Positions 44,567 through 57,459 of a stretch of DNA of 64,000 bases are shown piece after piece. Within the stretch, counting starts at the first letter, position 1. Every line of letters begins with the position of its first letter. The position numbers and the translations under genes are program-made. The DNA is from an uncultured Actinomycetota bacterium (GTDB lineage Bacteria > Actinomycetota > Actinomycetes > JAHEKZ01): positions 64,001 to 128,000 of the forward strand of contig CAVURN010000003.1 in the NCBI GenBank assembly GCA_963743915.1, given 5' to 3'. Under the pieces are notes generated by a model. It did not search any database. It worked only from the letters and a program-made list of their open reading frames with translations, and was not told where the DNA came from.

Positions 44567-46523
44567 CTATCCAGTAGACGCTCGCTCGTCGTCCGGGACC
44601 GGGAGCAGCCAGCGCGACATCCAGGCGACGAGGGCCTCGTCGTGCGCGAGGCGGGCCGAGATCGGTCCGTACGTGCTGCCTTCGTGAGTCGAGCCCGGCA
44701 GCACCAGCACCTGGCTCGGGGTGCCGACCTCGCAGAGGACGCGGTGCATGGCCCACGCCTGGCCCGGCGGGCAGCGGCGATCGAGCTCACCGATGACGAA
44801 CAGTGCCGGGGTGCGGCATCGATGCGCGTGCAGCAGCGGCGACTGCGACAGGTACACGTCGGCCTTCTCGTGCGGCGGACCGCCGAGCTGGGCCGGGAAG
44901 AAACGTCGACCGATGTCGCTGGTGCCGTACATGCCGAGCAGGTCGATGACGGGGTTCTCGATGACTGCGGCCGGAAGCGGTCGTGGTGGACGCCAGCCAG
45001 GCCGACAGGTAGCCGCCGTAGGAGTTGCCGGTGACGCCGAGGCGGCCGGCGTCGGCCCAGCCGTGCGCGACGGCGTGGTCGACGACGGCGAGCACGTCGC
45101 GACTGGGGCCGTCGGCCCAGTCGCCGTGCACCGCGTGGGCGAAGGCGTCGCCGTACCCGGTCGATCCGCGAGGGTTGGTGTACAGCACGCCGAATCCCGC
45201 GTCGCAGAGCGCCTGGGCGTCCAGGGAGAACGCCTCGCCGTAGGTGAAGTGCGGGCCGCCGTGGATGACGACGACGGTGGAAGTGGGCCGGCGGGTCCGT
45301 GCGGTGACAGGAACCAGCCGTCGAGCTGGCCGCCGTTCGGCGAGACTGACGACGAACCGCTCGGCATGCGCGAACGGGCCGAGCTGACTCGGCGAAGCCG
45401 AGGAGCCGACGCCTCGGGCTGGTCAGGAGGCGAGGTCGATCGTCGCGAGCTCGGGGAACAGCTCGGCCGCCTGACGGGTGAAGACGAGCAGGTCACCGGC
45501 CAGGCCGACCGGTGAACAGGAGCGTTGCCCGTCAACGAGCGTCGTCGTACGCCCGCTGTCGACGTCGACCAGCGCGATCCCCATCCGGCCCCTGGCGCCG
45601 ACGCGGACCACCACCGACCGCCCGCGCGGCGAGCAGGACCTGCTCGTAGGTGTCGGCGAGCTCGGCCGGGCAGTCGCCGAACACATCGCCGAGCAGGTTC
45701 TCGGTGCGCCAGCTCGCGAACCGTTCCGTCCGTCAACGACGAACAGGGCGGCGGCACTCCCTCCGGGCGACCGTGCGGCTCGGCGACCAGCACGACCAGC
45801 GGCCGTCGCGCAGCCAGGCCGGCACGACCGCCCGTCCGCCGGGATCGCCAGGTCCTCGACGCGTGCCGTCGAGGTGCACCAAGCCGCAGGCACTGCCCAC
45901 CCACGGAGTCGGTCGGGTCGGCGGACGCCAGTGCGGCGACGCGGTCGCCCTGCGGGGACCACCGGGGCGTCGACCAGCGCCAGTCGTCGTCGGTGAGCCA
46001 CGCGCCCGTCCCGTCGTCGACATCGACCAGTCGCAGCTGCGGCGGGTCCTCCAGCGGCCCGGGCCGTCGGCTGCCGGGAACGGACGCGTCCAGCGGTACG
46101 GGCGGTCCGGTCGATCACCGTCCCCCGCCGGCACGGGACGACGATCTGGGCGCCATCGGGCGACCACGCCGGGCCCCGTCGACGGGCGTCGGCCCCGGCG
46201 AGGATGTGCAGTGCGCCGATCGCCGGATCGGCGACGGCCAGAACCGTGCGTCCGTCGCGCTCGGCCAGCAGCGCGAGGCGCCGCCGGCCGGGTGCCCAGA
46301 CGGCGACTCGGTCGCCGGGCTCGGCACCCGGCAGGGTCCGCTCGTCTCCGGTGCGACGTCGACGAGCGACAGCTCGACGAGCTCGTCCTCGGTGCCTTCT
46401 GGGACTCGAGCGGTGGTGAGGGCCAGCACACCGTGCGTCGGGGACGCTGGCGTGGAACGGGGCGCGAGCGGAGAACGGCGGGTAGAAGGCGTCCGCGCTC
46501 GACAGCTGCACGGGGTCAGTCAT
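44567..46523 (-). CDS. S9 family peptidase, heavily frameshifted (assembly error or pseudogene)
   Basis: AWSPDG, NPRGSTGYG, GNSYGGY, GELDRRCP, HEG fragments in different frames. Confidence 0.7.
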
Positions 46524-47096
46524 CGGCGTAGGCGACGACGGTGAGGATGCGGCTGGCGTCCGAGCGAGCGGTAGAGGTGGGGTGACGCGCAGAGAACTGC
46601 ACCGCGTCGCCGGTCTGCAGGGCAGCACGTCGCGACCGACAGGCGAGCTCGACGGCGCCGGCGACGACGTAGCCGTACTCGATGGAGCCGCGCCCGTGGT
46701 CGCTCGGAACACCCCTGCTCGCCGGATGCAGATCACCCTCGGAAACGTCGAACCGATGCCGCTCCATCATGCTGAACAGCAGCCGGGCGCCGGTCGTCGT
46801 TGCTGTCGATCGGCTGCTCGGATCACGACGAGGCTCGATCTGCGGAGAGCGGGTGAGCTCGGAGAAGCCGATGTCGAGCGCCGCGATCCGGCGTCAAGGT
46901 CGACACCGTCGGGTTGGCGACCTCGCGTTCGATCTGTGACAGCAACGCCTTGCTGAGGCCGGTCTGTGGCGCCAGCTCTCGCAGGCTCAGGCCTCGAGCG
47001 AGCCGGACGCGTCGCATGTTGTCGGCGACTGCGGTACGGATGACCCACGTCCGTTGTCGTCGCGTTCGTGTCGCGTTCCGGTCGTCGCTCAGGCAT
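46516..47096 (-). CDS. XRE-family HTH plus cupin regulator, frameshifted
   Basis: RGLSLRELA..TGLSKALLSQIERE.ANPTVSTL; HGRGSIEYGYVVAG, GDAVQF. Confidence 0.75.
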
Positions 47097-48839
47097 CGTG
47101 TGGCTCCTGAACCGAGGGGTACCTGATCTCGGCTGCCGGGTACCGAAGCCAACAGCGACTGAGTGTAGGAGTGGCTGGGGTTGGCGAGGATCGACTCGGT
47201 GTCTCCGGAGTCGACCACCTGCCCGTCTCGCATGATGTAGAGGCGGGTCGCCACCTGGCGAACGACGGCGAGGTCGTGGGTGATGAAGAGCAACGCGAGC
47301 CCGCAGCCGGTCGAGCAGTTCGCCGAGCAGGTTGAGGATCTGCGCCTGCACCGAGACGTCGAGCGCTGAGACGGCCTCGTCGCAGATGAGCAGTTGCGGT
47401 GCGCGGGGCCAGGGCTCTGGCGATAGCGACCCGCTGCTGCTCACCGCCGGACAGGCCCTTCGGCTTGCGCCGGCGTACGACGGCAGGCAGCCCGATCATG
47501 TCGAGCAGCTCGGGAACATCGCTGCGTCGGGCGTCCGCCGGCTCGAAGCGCCTCGGCAGTGCGGCTCCGATCGTCATGGCGGGGTTCAGCGCTGAGGTCG
47601 GGTCCTGAAAGACGATCTGGGCGCGGCGCGCCTGCGGCAGGTCGCTCGACCAGTCGATCGCTCCGCTGTCGTGCGTCTCCAGCCCGACCAGGCACCGGGC
47701 CAGTGTCGTCTTTCCTGACCCGGACTCGCCGACGATCCCGACGGCCTCACCGGCGCCGATACTGATGGAGACGTCGTCGAGTGCTGGGGGAGCGGACTCG
47801 AGAACCGCTTGCTGACACTGCTCACCGCGACCAGAGGCTCCGGGCATGACCGGGTCGCCCGAACCGCCGGGACCGACAGAGGCGCTCGATCGACCGGCGC
47901 CGAGCGGATGCCAGCAGGCGACCTGCGTCGACATCACCTTCCGAGCTGGTGGTTCGTCGGTGCGGCACTGATCATCGGCGCGGGGGCAGCGCGCTGCGAA
48001 AGAGCATCCGGCAGGGACTTCCCACGGACGCGGAACCGAGCCGGGACCGCGGGCAGCTGCTCGACGCGGTGACCTCGAGGGTGGCTCACTGTCGCGCAGT
48101 ACCGCGGTGTACGGGTGTCGCGGGTGAGTCGAACAGGTCGACGCCCGTCCCGCGACTCCATCAGCCGGCCCGGCGTACATGACCAGGATCCGTCCTGCGC
48201 GTTCGCGAGCGAGCGCCAGGTCGTGGGTGATCAGCAGCAGCGCCATCGCCGCGCTCGCTGCTGGATGCGGTGCAAGCAGGTCGAGCACCTCGCGCTGGGT
48301 GGTGACGTCGAGCGCGGTGGTTGGTTCGTCTCCGATCAGCACCTCGGGATCGCTGGCGAGGCTGGCGGCGAGCGCCACCCGTTGGCGCATGCCACCGGAC
48401 AGCTCGAACGGGTACTGCTGGGCTACCCGGTCGGGCAGGTCGACCTCGTCGAGCCGGCGCGCGATCTCGGCGTCGGCGCGCCGCGACGGAGGCAGGGCGG
48501 CGGCAATCTGCGGGCCGCACCGGTGCACCGGGCTGAGGCTGGTGAACGGGTTCTGCAGCAGCAGGCTGATCCGACGTCCACGCAGGCCGTTCATCGCCGA
48601 CGGGCCATGCCGCGAGGTCGACTGACGGTCGTCGCCAAGGCGCACCGTGCCGGTCGCGGTCACGCCCGGCGGGCAGCAGTCCGATGAGCGGCCTTGGCCG
48701 TCATCGACTTACCGCACCCGGACTCGCCGACGAGCGCGACCGTCTCGTCCGAGGCGAACCGACAGCTCCATGCGACGACGATCGTCGCCGGCCGGCCCGG
48801 TGACCCGCAGGTTCGAGCAGCTCGAGGGCGGTGCATCAT
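47089..48839 (-). CDS. Fused OppD/OppF ABC ATPase, frameshifted
   Basis: GESGCGKS and GESGSGKT, LSGGMRQRV and LSGGEQQRV, DEPTTALD, ITHDL. Confidence 0.82.
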
Positions 48840-49655
48840 GCGCACGCCGGCCTCGGCGTTGAAGCGCTCCTGGAGCCAGTCACCGAGCAGGTTGATCGTC
48901 GCTGCGGTGATGATGATGAGCACCCCGGGCACGATCGCCGCGGCGGCGTTCTGGCTGAGCAGGTCGCGCCCGTCGGCTCAGCTGGCGACCCCAGTCGGGC
49001 TCGCCCGGCCCGACGCCGAGCCCGAGAAAGGAGAGCGCGGACATCGCGACCAGTGCGAAGGCGACGTTCAGCAGCATGGTGGCGAACGCGATGGGAAGCA
49101 CGTTCGGCAGGACGTGCCGGAACATGATGCGCCACCGACTGAGCCCAAGGACGCGAGCCGACTCGATGTACGGGCGCGTTGCCTGCGTCATGACCGCACT
49201 TCGCATCAGCGGATGTCGGTGGGGGAGAACAGCACGACCAGGACGAGGACCGTGACCCAGTAGCCACCGTCGATGAGCCCGGCGACGACGAGCGCGATGA
49301 GCGTGACCGGCAGTGCGAGCAGGAGGTCGGCGTACTTGGTCAGAAGGAGGTCGATCCATCCACCGATGTACCCCGAGGCGGTGCCGAGCACCATGCCCGA
49401 GCAGCATCGATCCGAGCGCGATGACGATCGGCCCGATCACCGCGGAGCGGGTGCCCGCGATGCTCAGGTCGAGGATGTCGCGCCCGAGCAGGTCGGTACC
49501 GAACAGGTGACCGTCGGTGCCGGCGGGGAACCGTGCCGAGCAACGGGTTCTGCGGGGTCGGGCTGGGCACCAGCCATGACGCCGGCGACGGCGAACACGA
49601 CGATCGCCACCAGCGGGATCGCGCACAGCACGGGCGTGAGCGGAAGGCGTTTCAC
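48836..49655 (-). CDS. Peptide/nickel ABC permease (OppC-like), frameshifted
   Basis: HLFGTDLLGRD, YIESARVLG, RHVLPN, LSFLGLG, NLLGD. Confidence 0.8.
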
Positions 49656-50614
49656 GCAGCAGCCCGCCTTGCGCACCCGCGGGTCGGCGGCGAAGGAGAA
49701 CAGGTCGACGGCGAGGGCGGTCAGGGCGATGACGGCGGCCGTGATCAGCGTGATGGCCTGCACCACCGGAACGTCCTTGAAGGTGACCGAGCCCGCCAGG
49801 AGCGAGCCGATGCCCTGCAGGGCGAAGGTGACCTCGACCAGGATCGTGCCCCGAAGAGAAAGGCGAACACCAGGCCGAGGCTGGTGACGACGGGGAGCAT
49901 CGCGTTGCGCAGCACCAGCGGCCGGATCCGGTGCGTCCGACAACCCGCGGCTGCGCGCGAACGTCACGTAGTCCTGGTCGAGCTCACGCAGCACTGCGGT
50001 ACGCGTGAGCTTCAGCACCAGGGCGCCGAGGCCGATCGCCAGGGTGACCGCAGGCAGCGACAGGTGCCACAGGCGTTCCAGTCCCCCGTCGCCGCTCCCG
50101 TACACGGGAAGATGTCGAGCCGGACGCCGAACACGTACAGCAGCACCAGGCCGACGGCGTAGGACGGTGCGCCGACGCCGACGATGGCGCTCGTCGTCGC
50201 GCCGCGGTCGACGAAGCCGCCCGCCCGCCAGGCGCTGACGATCCCGAGCGGAACGGCGACCAGCACCGTCAGCACGAACGCGTAGACCGCGAGCTGCATG
50301 GTGAGCAGAACCCGGCTGGCGAGCACGGACGTGACCGGCTCACCGCTACGGATGGACTCGCCGAAGTCACCCTGCAGGACACCACCGAGCCACAGCGGGT
50401 ACTGGTTCAGAAAGGGGTCGTCGAGGTTGTACTGCGCACGGATCTCTGCCAGGGCCTCGGGCGTCGCTGCGCGCACGCCGAGCAGGTTCCGCGCCGGGTC
50501 ACCCGGCGTCAGCTGCAGCAACGTGAAGACGATGAACGACAGTGCCAGCAGCAGGGCAATCGTCGCGAGCAGCCGACCGACCGTGAACCGAAGAACAGAA
50601 CCTCGAGACCGCAT
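49652..50614 (-). CDS. Peptide/nickel ABC permease (OppB-like), frameshifted
   Basis: LTPGDPA, GDFGES, DYVTFARSRGL, DVPVVQ, DPRVR. Confidence 0.8.
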
Positions 50615-52262
50615 CAGCTCACGGTCAGGATGCGGGGCGTCCAGGGCGAGACGAACGTGTAGGAGCCGAAGTCCTCGATGGTGTACTCGTCGGCGAGCGC
50701 CGTCGCGGCGACTCCCCACCACAGGGGGATGTAGGGGATGTCCTCGAGGGCGACCCGCTGAGCCTCGATCAGCAGGTTGGCCCGCTCCTCGGGGTCGGTC
50801 TCCTTCCTGACCTGGTCCATGAGGGCGGTGACCTCGTCGTTGGAGTAGCCGGCGGGTTACCGGACCCGAGGAACCAGCTGGACATCTCGGCTGGATCACC
50901 GGTGGTGCTCGAGTAGTCCATGTAGGCGAGCGGCCACTCCTCCGAGCCGATGGTGCCGTACCACTGCTCGACCGGCATCTCGTTGATCTCGATGATGATG
51001 CCGAGCGGCTCGACGGCCTGCTTCAGCACCTGGAAGGCAGCGCTCACCTGAGGCGCGCTGTTGGAGATGCCGACGGTCGTGGTGAAGCCGTTCGGAACCT
51101 TCGACTGCGCCAGCTCGGCCGCCGCCGCGTCGAGGTCGTAGGGGAGGTCGAAGACCGCGGCGAGTGCCTCGCGAGCGCCTCGGGGCCGAACGACACCCTC
51201 GATCTGCTCGGGGGTCGTGAGAGCGGTTGCCACCTCACCGTGACCGTCGAGGAGCTCGTCGACGAACGCCTCGCGGTCGAGCGCGTGCGCGATGGCGCGG
51301 CGAACGTGGATGTCGTCGAAGGGTGCGGCGTGGACGTAGAAGTCGATGCCGACGTAGCTGCGGTTCGGCGCGAAGTACGTGGACGTGTTCTCGATGTCGT
51401 CCCACGCCTTCGCCTGGTCGAGCGAGATGTTGATCGCCATGCTGATGTCGTCCGACTGGCGGGCGAGCAGACGCGTCGCCTCTTCAGGGATGAAGTCGAT
51501 GCGCACGGTCTTGACCGGAACCGAACCACCCCACCAGGTGTCGACCCGCTCGAGCTCGACGCTGGAGTCGGGCACGAAGCTGGTGACCTTGTAGGGGCCC
51601 GTTGCCGTAGAAGAGCGAGTCGGGTGTGCCGATGTCTCCGTTGTTGGCGTCGACGAACTCCTCGGAGGTGACCCACAGCGCGTTGGCCGCGCACGGCGTC
51701 CACTCGAAGGCGACGTCGGCCGACTTCAGCGTGATGGTGACCTCGTTGTCACCCGTCTGCTCGACTGCCTTGGTGTTGCCCCAGGCCCAGGCGGTGTTCG
51801 GTGAGCGCTTCTGGTCGCGCGCCATGTCGATCGAGAAGATGACGTCGTCGACCGACACCGGCACACCGTCGGTGTACAGGGCGTCACTGCGGAGCGTGTA
51901 GACGTACGTCGTTGGTGACGTCTGCTCCCAGCTCTGGGCCAGCGCGGGCTGCAGCACACCGACGCCGTCGGGTGCGACCAGCCCCTCACCGACGAGCGAA
52001 GCGACGTAGTAGTTGACGATCCCGGCCTCTTTGCCCGGGTAGAGGGTGGTCATCGATGCGGGGAATCCGACCGCGAGCAGGTCGATCTCCTGGGAGGTCG
52101 CATCGCCGTCGCACTGCCGTCACCGGAGGTGGAGGAGCTGTCGCTGCAGGCGCTGAGCAGGGCTGCGAGGGCGGTGACTCCGGTGCCCTGCAGGACCCGG
52201 CGTCGACTGACGGCGGTTCCGAGCATGGGGAGCGAAGCGACGATGAGGGGCGAGTCCGGCAT
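50614..52262 (-). CDS. Family 5 ABC substrate-binding lipoprotein with Tat signal, frameshifted
   Basis: SRRRVLQ Tat motif, LSAC lipobox, PALAQSWE, PFDDIHVRRAIAHALDR. Confidence 0.8.
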
Positions 52263-52335
52263 GCGGCGTTCTCCTCGGGGGACTGCGCGGAGGACCGGCC
52301 CGGTCGGCCGACCCGTTCAGTGGTTCTTACCATCT

Positions 52336-52352
52336 GTCTAGGCACAGTAGAC
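52336..52352. promoter_or_regulatory. Palindrome GTCTA-N7-TAGAC upstream of ABC operon
   Basis: Short inverted repeat in an AT-richer patch about 75 bp upstream of the binding protein start. Confidence 0.35.
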
Positions 52353-52432
52353 GCACGCGAGGTGGTGGGCAAGGGTTCTCGCAGGCCGATTTCGCGCCGT
52401 GTCCCGGGGAGGACGCCGGCCTCGCGACGCCG

Positions 52433-52844
52433 TCAGCCCGGCCACGCCCAGCTGCTGCATCATCGACGCACTGTCCATGACGCCCCAGTGCTCGGCGATC
52501 TTGCCGTCGCGGATGCGCGCGACGTCGATGAGGGGGACGTCGATCCGGCGTCCGGTCGCCGGGATCCCCATGAACTCGCCCTGGTGCGTTCCCGTCGCCC
52601 GAATTCGGGTGACGACCTTGTCACCCTCGGCGATGGTGTCCTCGATCGTCATCTCGAAGTCGGGGAACGCGTCGAACATGCTCTGGAACAGGGCGCGAAC
52701 CCCCGCCTTGCCTTCGGGCGCCTCGGGGAAGGGCAGGTCCTCGTGCTCGACCATGTCGTCGGCCACCAGGTCCATGAACCCGTCGAGGTCGTGCTTGCTG
52801 ATCAGGCTGTAGATGTCGTGCGCCAGGCTGTGAAGGTCGGCCAT
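52433..52844 (-). CDS. SnoaL-like ester cyclase family protein (stop inferred)
   Basis: AFPD, IAEGDKV, GTHQGEFMGIPATGR, GKIAEHW, MMQQLG. Confidence 0.88.
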
Positions 52845-52962
52845 GGGTGTCTCCTCTCGGGCGAGCACCGCCCGCCCCGTGGGGGCCGAATGCGGTGAAC
52901 GTACGCCTGTCGCCGTGGACGCGACAATGACCAGTAGTGCCCATCCGGGGCATACTCGGCCC

Positions 52963-53334
52963 ATGCCTGGAATCGCACGCCTCAACTGCTTCGCACTCGA
53001 CTGCCCCGACCCCCGCGAGCTGGCCGAGTTCTACTCGGCCATCACCGGCTGGCCCCTCGAGGACGACTACGACGACGAATGGGTGTCCCTCGTCAGCGAC
53101 GCCGGGGCGCACCTCAGCTTCCAGCGGGTTGACGACTACCGTCCGCCGCAGTGGCCCGGCCAGGAGCATCCACAACAGGCACACCTCGACTTCGCGGTCG
53201 ACGACCTGGATGCCGGCGAGGCTGCGCTGCTCGCCATCGGAGCGCGCAAGCACGAGTTCCAGCCGGGCACCGACTTCCGCGTGTACCTCGACCCGGTCGA
53301 CCATCCGTTCTGCTTGGTGCTCAGCAGCGACTGA
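52963..53334 (+). CDS. VOC/glyoxalase family protein
   Basis: LDCPDPRELAEFY, FQRV..Y.PP.WP, QQAHLD, VYLDP..HPFCL. Confidence 0.9.
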   Translation: MPGIARLNCFALDCPDPRELAEFYSAITGWPLEDDYDDEWVSLVSDAGAHLSFQRVDDYRPPQWPGQEHPQQAHLDFAVDDLDAGEAALLAIGARKHEFQPGTDFRVYLDPVDHPFCLVLSSD

Positions 53335-53352
53335 CCAGCTCTGACGCGCGGA

Positions 53353-53391
53353 ACGGACGCCGGGGTGTCCGAGCGGCACCCCGGCGTCCGT
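53353..53391. terminator. Hairpin between convergent genes
   Basis: ACGGACGCCGGGGTG / CACCCCGGCGTCCGT perfect 15-bp arms. Confidence 0.75.
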
Positions 53392-53402
53392 GGTCCTGCG
53401 TC

Positions 53403-54334
53403 CTACCCCGAAGCCCGCTGGCTGACGTAGATGTCGCCGCTGCGTCCGAAGTAGAGCCGTTCGCCGTCCGCGGACAACGACGGCCGGGACTCGCCTGCCG
53501 CAGTGTTCACCGACGGACCGAGGTTCGTCGGCGCGCACCACTTGGCCCCGACCCACCCACGCGTCGCGGTGTAGATGTCCGTCGCACCCAAACCGCCGGA
53601 CGCGACGACGCGAACACGATCTCGCGACCGTTCGGGCTGACGTTCGGCATGAAGTCGTCATAGCCGGCGACGTTCAGCTCGGTCACCGCAGTGGGCGCGC
53701 GGAAGCGGCCGTCGTAACCCCGCTTCGAGACGTAGATGTCCTGCGTCCCAGCGCCGATCGGGTCCCCACTGGAGAAGTAGAGGAAGGTTCCGACCTTGGT
53801 CTTGATCAAGGACGGCCCGTACTCCATGCCCACGCCGTTCGGCCCGTTGGGGGCGCAACCCAGGTTGCGCGGCTCGGTCCACGTCCCGTCACGCCAGTTC
53901 CGGTGGGTGAGGTAGATGTCGCCTTGTCCGCAGGACGCCGTGCCGTAGGCATCCGTACCGCCCCTGGTGGAGACGAAGAGCAGCCCACCGCCCCGCAGTG
54001 GTGTCGGGCAGAAGTCCTGCGCGTCGCTGTTGACCGGCGCCGGCAGCATGACCGGTGCACCGAAGTCGGCGCCGATGCTCGGCCGTCGAGCCATCCAGAT
54101 GTCGTTGTCGCCACCGGCCCCTCGCACTGACGCGAAGTACAGAGCCTTGCCATTGGGGGCCTCGATCGGGCACCCGTCGGCCGCGACCGGGTCATTGACC
54201 GCGGTCACCGGTGCTGCGACGTCCCACCCCAGTGGAACTTCCGACGCCGAGGCGCCACCGACGCCCACCCCGAGGCTCGTCACCATCGCCAATCCCGCGG
54301 CCAAGGCCAGCGGTCTGCTTCGAACTGTGCTCAT
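53403..54334 (-). CDS. Secreted PD40/TolB-like beta-propeller protein (frameshift near 53600)
   Basis: Signal peptide; repeated LYFxSxR, DIW/DIY, W..P.NLG, PSLSADG. Confidence 0.8.
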
Positions 54335-54533
54335 CGCTCATCTCCATTCCCTCGTGCATGGGCGACGGACGAGCGCCTGCCGAGCAGGATTCGCTAGCGA
54401 CGGTGGACGACCCGGCCCATCGGGGAAGGCTCCTCCGTCGTTTGGCGCCGCCGTCACTACCTAAAGTCGCTTTGGGGTGCTGGGAGGTTGACACGGGGCA
54501 GCCACGAATCGCTTCCGATCCTCGGCGACCGCC

Positions 54534-56007
54534 TCAGAGGTCGTTGCCGGCGTACGACTGGTTGAAGCTCTTGTTGGCCAACGGAAAGTCCGGGACGATC
54601 GTGTCGGCCAGGGCCACGGGCAACGCCGGCCAGTTGAAGAACGACGGATCGACCACCTTGACCCGCGTGAGCCGACCGTCGGGCCCGAGCTCCACCCGAT
54701 GCACGAGCCGGCCACGCCATGCCTCGACCACCCCGAGACCGGTGCCGGGGCCGTCCGGCTCGTTGCGGCGTCCAGACCCCAGGTCACCGGCACCGGCAGC
54801 CAGTGAGCGCACCAGCGCTGCCGAGGCCTCGATCTCCCGCGCACGAAGCTGGAACCGCGCCAGGACGTCGCCCGTCGACTCGGTCACGACCGTGAGCGCA
54901 TCGCCGAGCTCGACGAACGGGTGGTCGCGCCGGGCATCTGCATCGACGCCGGATGCGCGTGCGACGAACCCCACGGTGTGCAGCGCCGTCGCCTCGGCGT
55001 ACGGGAGTACGGCGGTGCCTGTCAGCCGGTCCCGCACCACCGACTGGCCCAGCACGATGTCGACCAGCTCTGCGACTTCGCCGACGACCCGGTCGAGCAC
55101 TGTCAGGTCGGGAAGCGACTGCACACAGGTACCACCCACCGTGATCGCACCGCGCAGCAGTCGGTGACCGGTCACAGATTCGTTGACACGCAGCAAGGTC
55201 TCACGCAGTCGCTGGGCGTGCGCGTGGGCGATCCCGAAGCCGACGTCGTTGGCGATCGCGCCGAGGTCACCGACATGGTTGTAGAGGCGCTCCAGCTCGA
55301 GCAGCAGGGCACGCAGCCGCTGGTCCTGCTCACTCACCACCGCCCCTGAGGCCTCCTCGACCGCCAGCGCGAACGCGAGGGAGTGGCCCACCGCTGTGTC
55401 ACCGCTGATCCGCTCGCTCAGCTCGAACGCGTCCGCCGGACGCCGGCCCTCGAACAGCTTCTCCACCCCGCGGTGCACGAACCAGAGTCGCGCCTTCATC
55501 TTCAGGATGGTCTCCCCGACGACCGAGAAGCGGAAGTGCCCCGGCTCGATCATCCCGGCGTGCACGGGTCCGACGGGTATCTCGTAGACGCCGGTGCCGC
55601 CGACCTCGCCGAACGGGATGGACCCGGTGTCCGGGCCGAATGCCGGCATCGGGTCAGCGTCGCTGCAGCATCGGGTACCACCCCTGCGGCCAGTGCGCGT
55701 GGCGCACGAGACGCTGCGGCAGAGGGTGCGCGTCCGGCCGGACGCCGTACAGGTCCCGTACCTCACGCTCGAACCTGCCGACGGCGAAGTCGAGGTCGGC
55801 CAGGCTCGGCACCCAGGCGTCGTCACGAGCGACGGTGACCTCGACATCGGTGCGTCGTTCGGGGACCGTCGCGAGCCAGCTGTAGACGATGCGGAGCCGG
55901 TCGCCGTCGTCGTGGCACGCCACCAGGGCGGCCTGGAATCCGTCGGCCAGCAGCGCACGCGTGACCTCGGGCAGCTCGTCCCGCGACACCTTGCGGATCG
56001 TCCGCAT
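54534..56007 (-). CDS. hycE: HycE/NuoCD-like large subunit of an Ehr-type complex (frameshift near 55640-55660)
   Basis: FEREVRDLYG, GPVHAGMIEPGHFRF, HRGVEK, ELERLYNH, VEAWRG, DPSFFNW; ERISGD and SFNQSYAGNDL replace the CxxC motifs. Confidence 0.85.
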
Positions 56008-57459
56008 CACGCGCCCCCTGTCAGCACGCGGGCGGCGTCACCGACGAACGTCCCGAGAGGGCAGGACCAGCGCAGCCATCAGCACCGGCGGCGGTCAGGG
56101 CGAGCACCACCGGCGCACGCGGCCCGTGCCACGAGCGGTCGACCGGGGCGGCGTCCTCGGCCGTCGCACTCGCCTCCCAGCGTCATCGCCGCCGTCAGCC
56201 TGCCCAGCGCCGTGAACGCGACAAGGAGCAGCAGCAGGACGAGCGCGGCGACCACCGGCATCCCGGCGGTCCACAGCGCCACGACGATGGCGACCTCGGT
56301 GAAGAAGAGCACGAACGGCGGGAACCCCAGCAGCGCCGCCATGCCCACGACGAACGGGCGCGCCGAGACCGGGACGCCGGACGAGCAGGTCGCGTACGTC
56401 GTCGATGGCCGTGGTGCCCTCGACCGCGAGCACCCGGCCTGCGACCACGAAGAGGCTGGACTTGACCAGGCCGTGACCGAGCATGTGCACCAGCACTGCG
56501 GTCATGCCGAGCGGCCCACCTGCAGCGGCACCGACGGCCATGATCCCCATGTGCTCGATGCTCGAGTACGCCAGCATGCGCTTGTAGTCACGCTGACGCA
56601 GCAGCAGCAGGGAAGCGACGAGCAAGGACGCCACACCGCCGACGGCCAGCATCCAGCGGATCAGTCCTGCTCCGATCGCGAGGTCGGCGACGACCTGCAG
56701 CCGGAGGATCACGTACAGCGCCACCGACAGCAGCACACCCGACATCAGGCCGGAGACGGGCGCGGGTGCCTGGCTGTGCGCGTCGGGCAGCCAGCTGTGC
56801 ATCGGCGCCAGCCCTGCCTTGGTGGCGAAGCCGAGCACGCCGAGGGCCACGGCGACCTCGGTCACCCGGGTGTCCATCTGCGGAGCGAGCTCGACCAGCT
56901 CGACCCAGGACAGTGTCGGGTTGCCCGCGTCCAGGCTGGCGGCGTAGAGAAGCACGATGCCCAGGAAGGCGATGGCGACGCCGACCGAGCCGAGCACGAC
57001 GTACTTCCACGCCGCCTCCAGGGAAAGGCGGGTGCGGTGGTGGCCGACGAGGAACGCCGTGGCGATCGTGGTGGCCTCGATGGCGACCCACACGACACCC
57101 AGGTTGTCGGCGAGCACGGCCAGGGACATCGCTCCGAGGAACAGCGCAACCAGCGCCGCGTACCGCGGCTCGTGTCCGCCACCACCGCGGCGCGCCACAC
57201 CACCCCACGTCGCGGTGAGTGCGACGCAGCCGACCACCACGAGCATGTACGCCGAGAGAGCGTCGGCACGCAGCATCCCACCGGCAGTGGTCGGCACCTG
57301 TCCGTCCGCGGTGGCCACCGCCAGCGTCGCTGCCGCAGCCAGGATCACCGCGCTCAGCAACACCCCCGACCAGTCGACGAGCAGCTGCCGGGGCCACAGC
57401 AGCACGAGGACGGCGGTGCCTGCGGCAAGCAGCAACGGGACCCACAGCAGGACGCCCAT
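56007..57459 (-). CDS. hyfF: HyfF/HycQ-like antiporter-type subunit (frameshifted near 3' end)
   Basis: WVAIEATT, EAAWKY, KAGLAPMHSWLPDAHSQAP, KRMLAYSSIEHMG; TGATG coupling. Confidence 0.82.
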
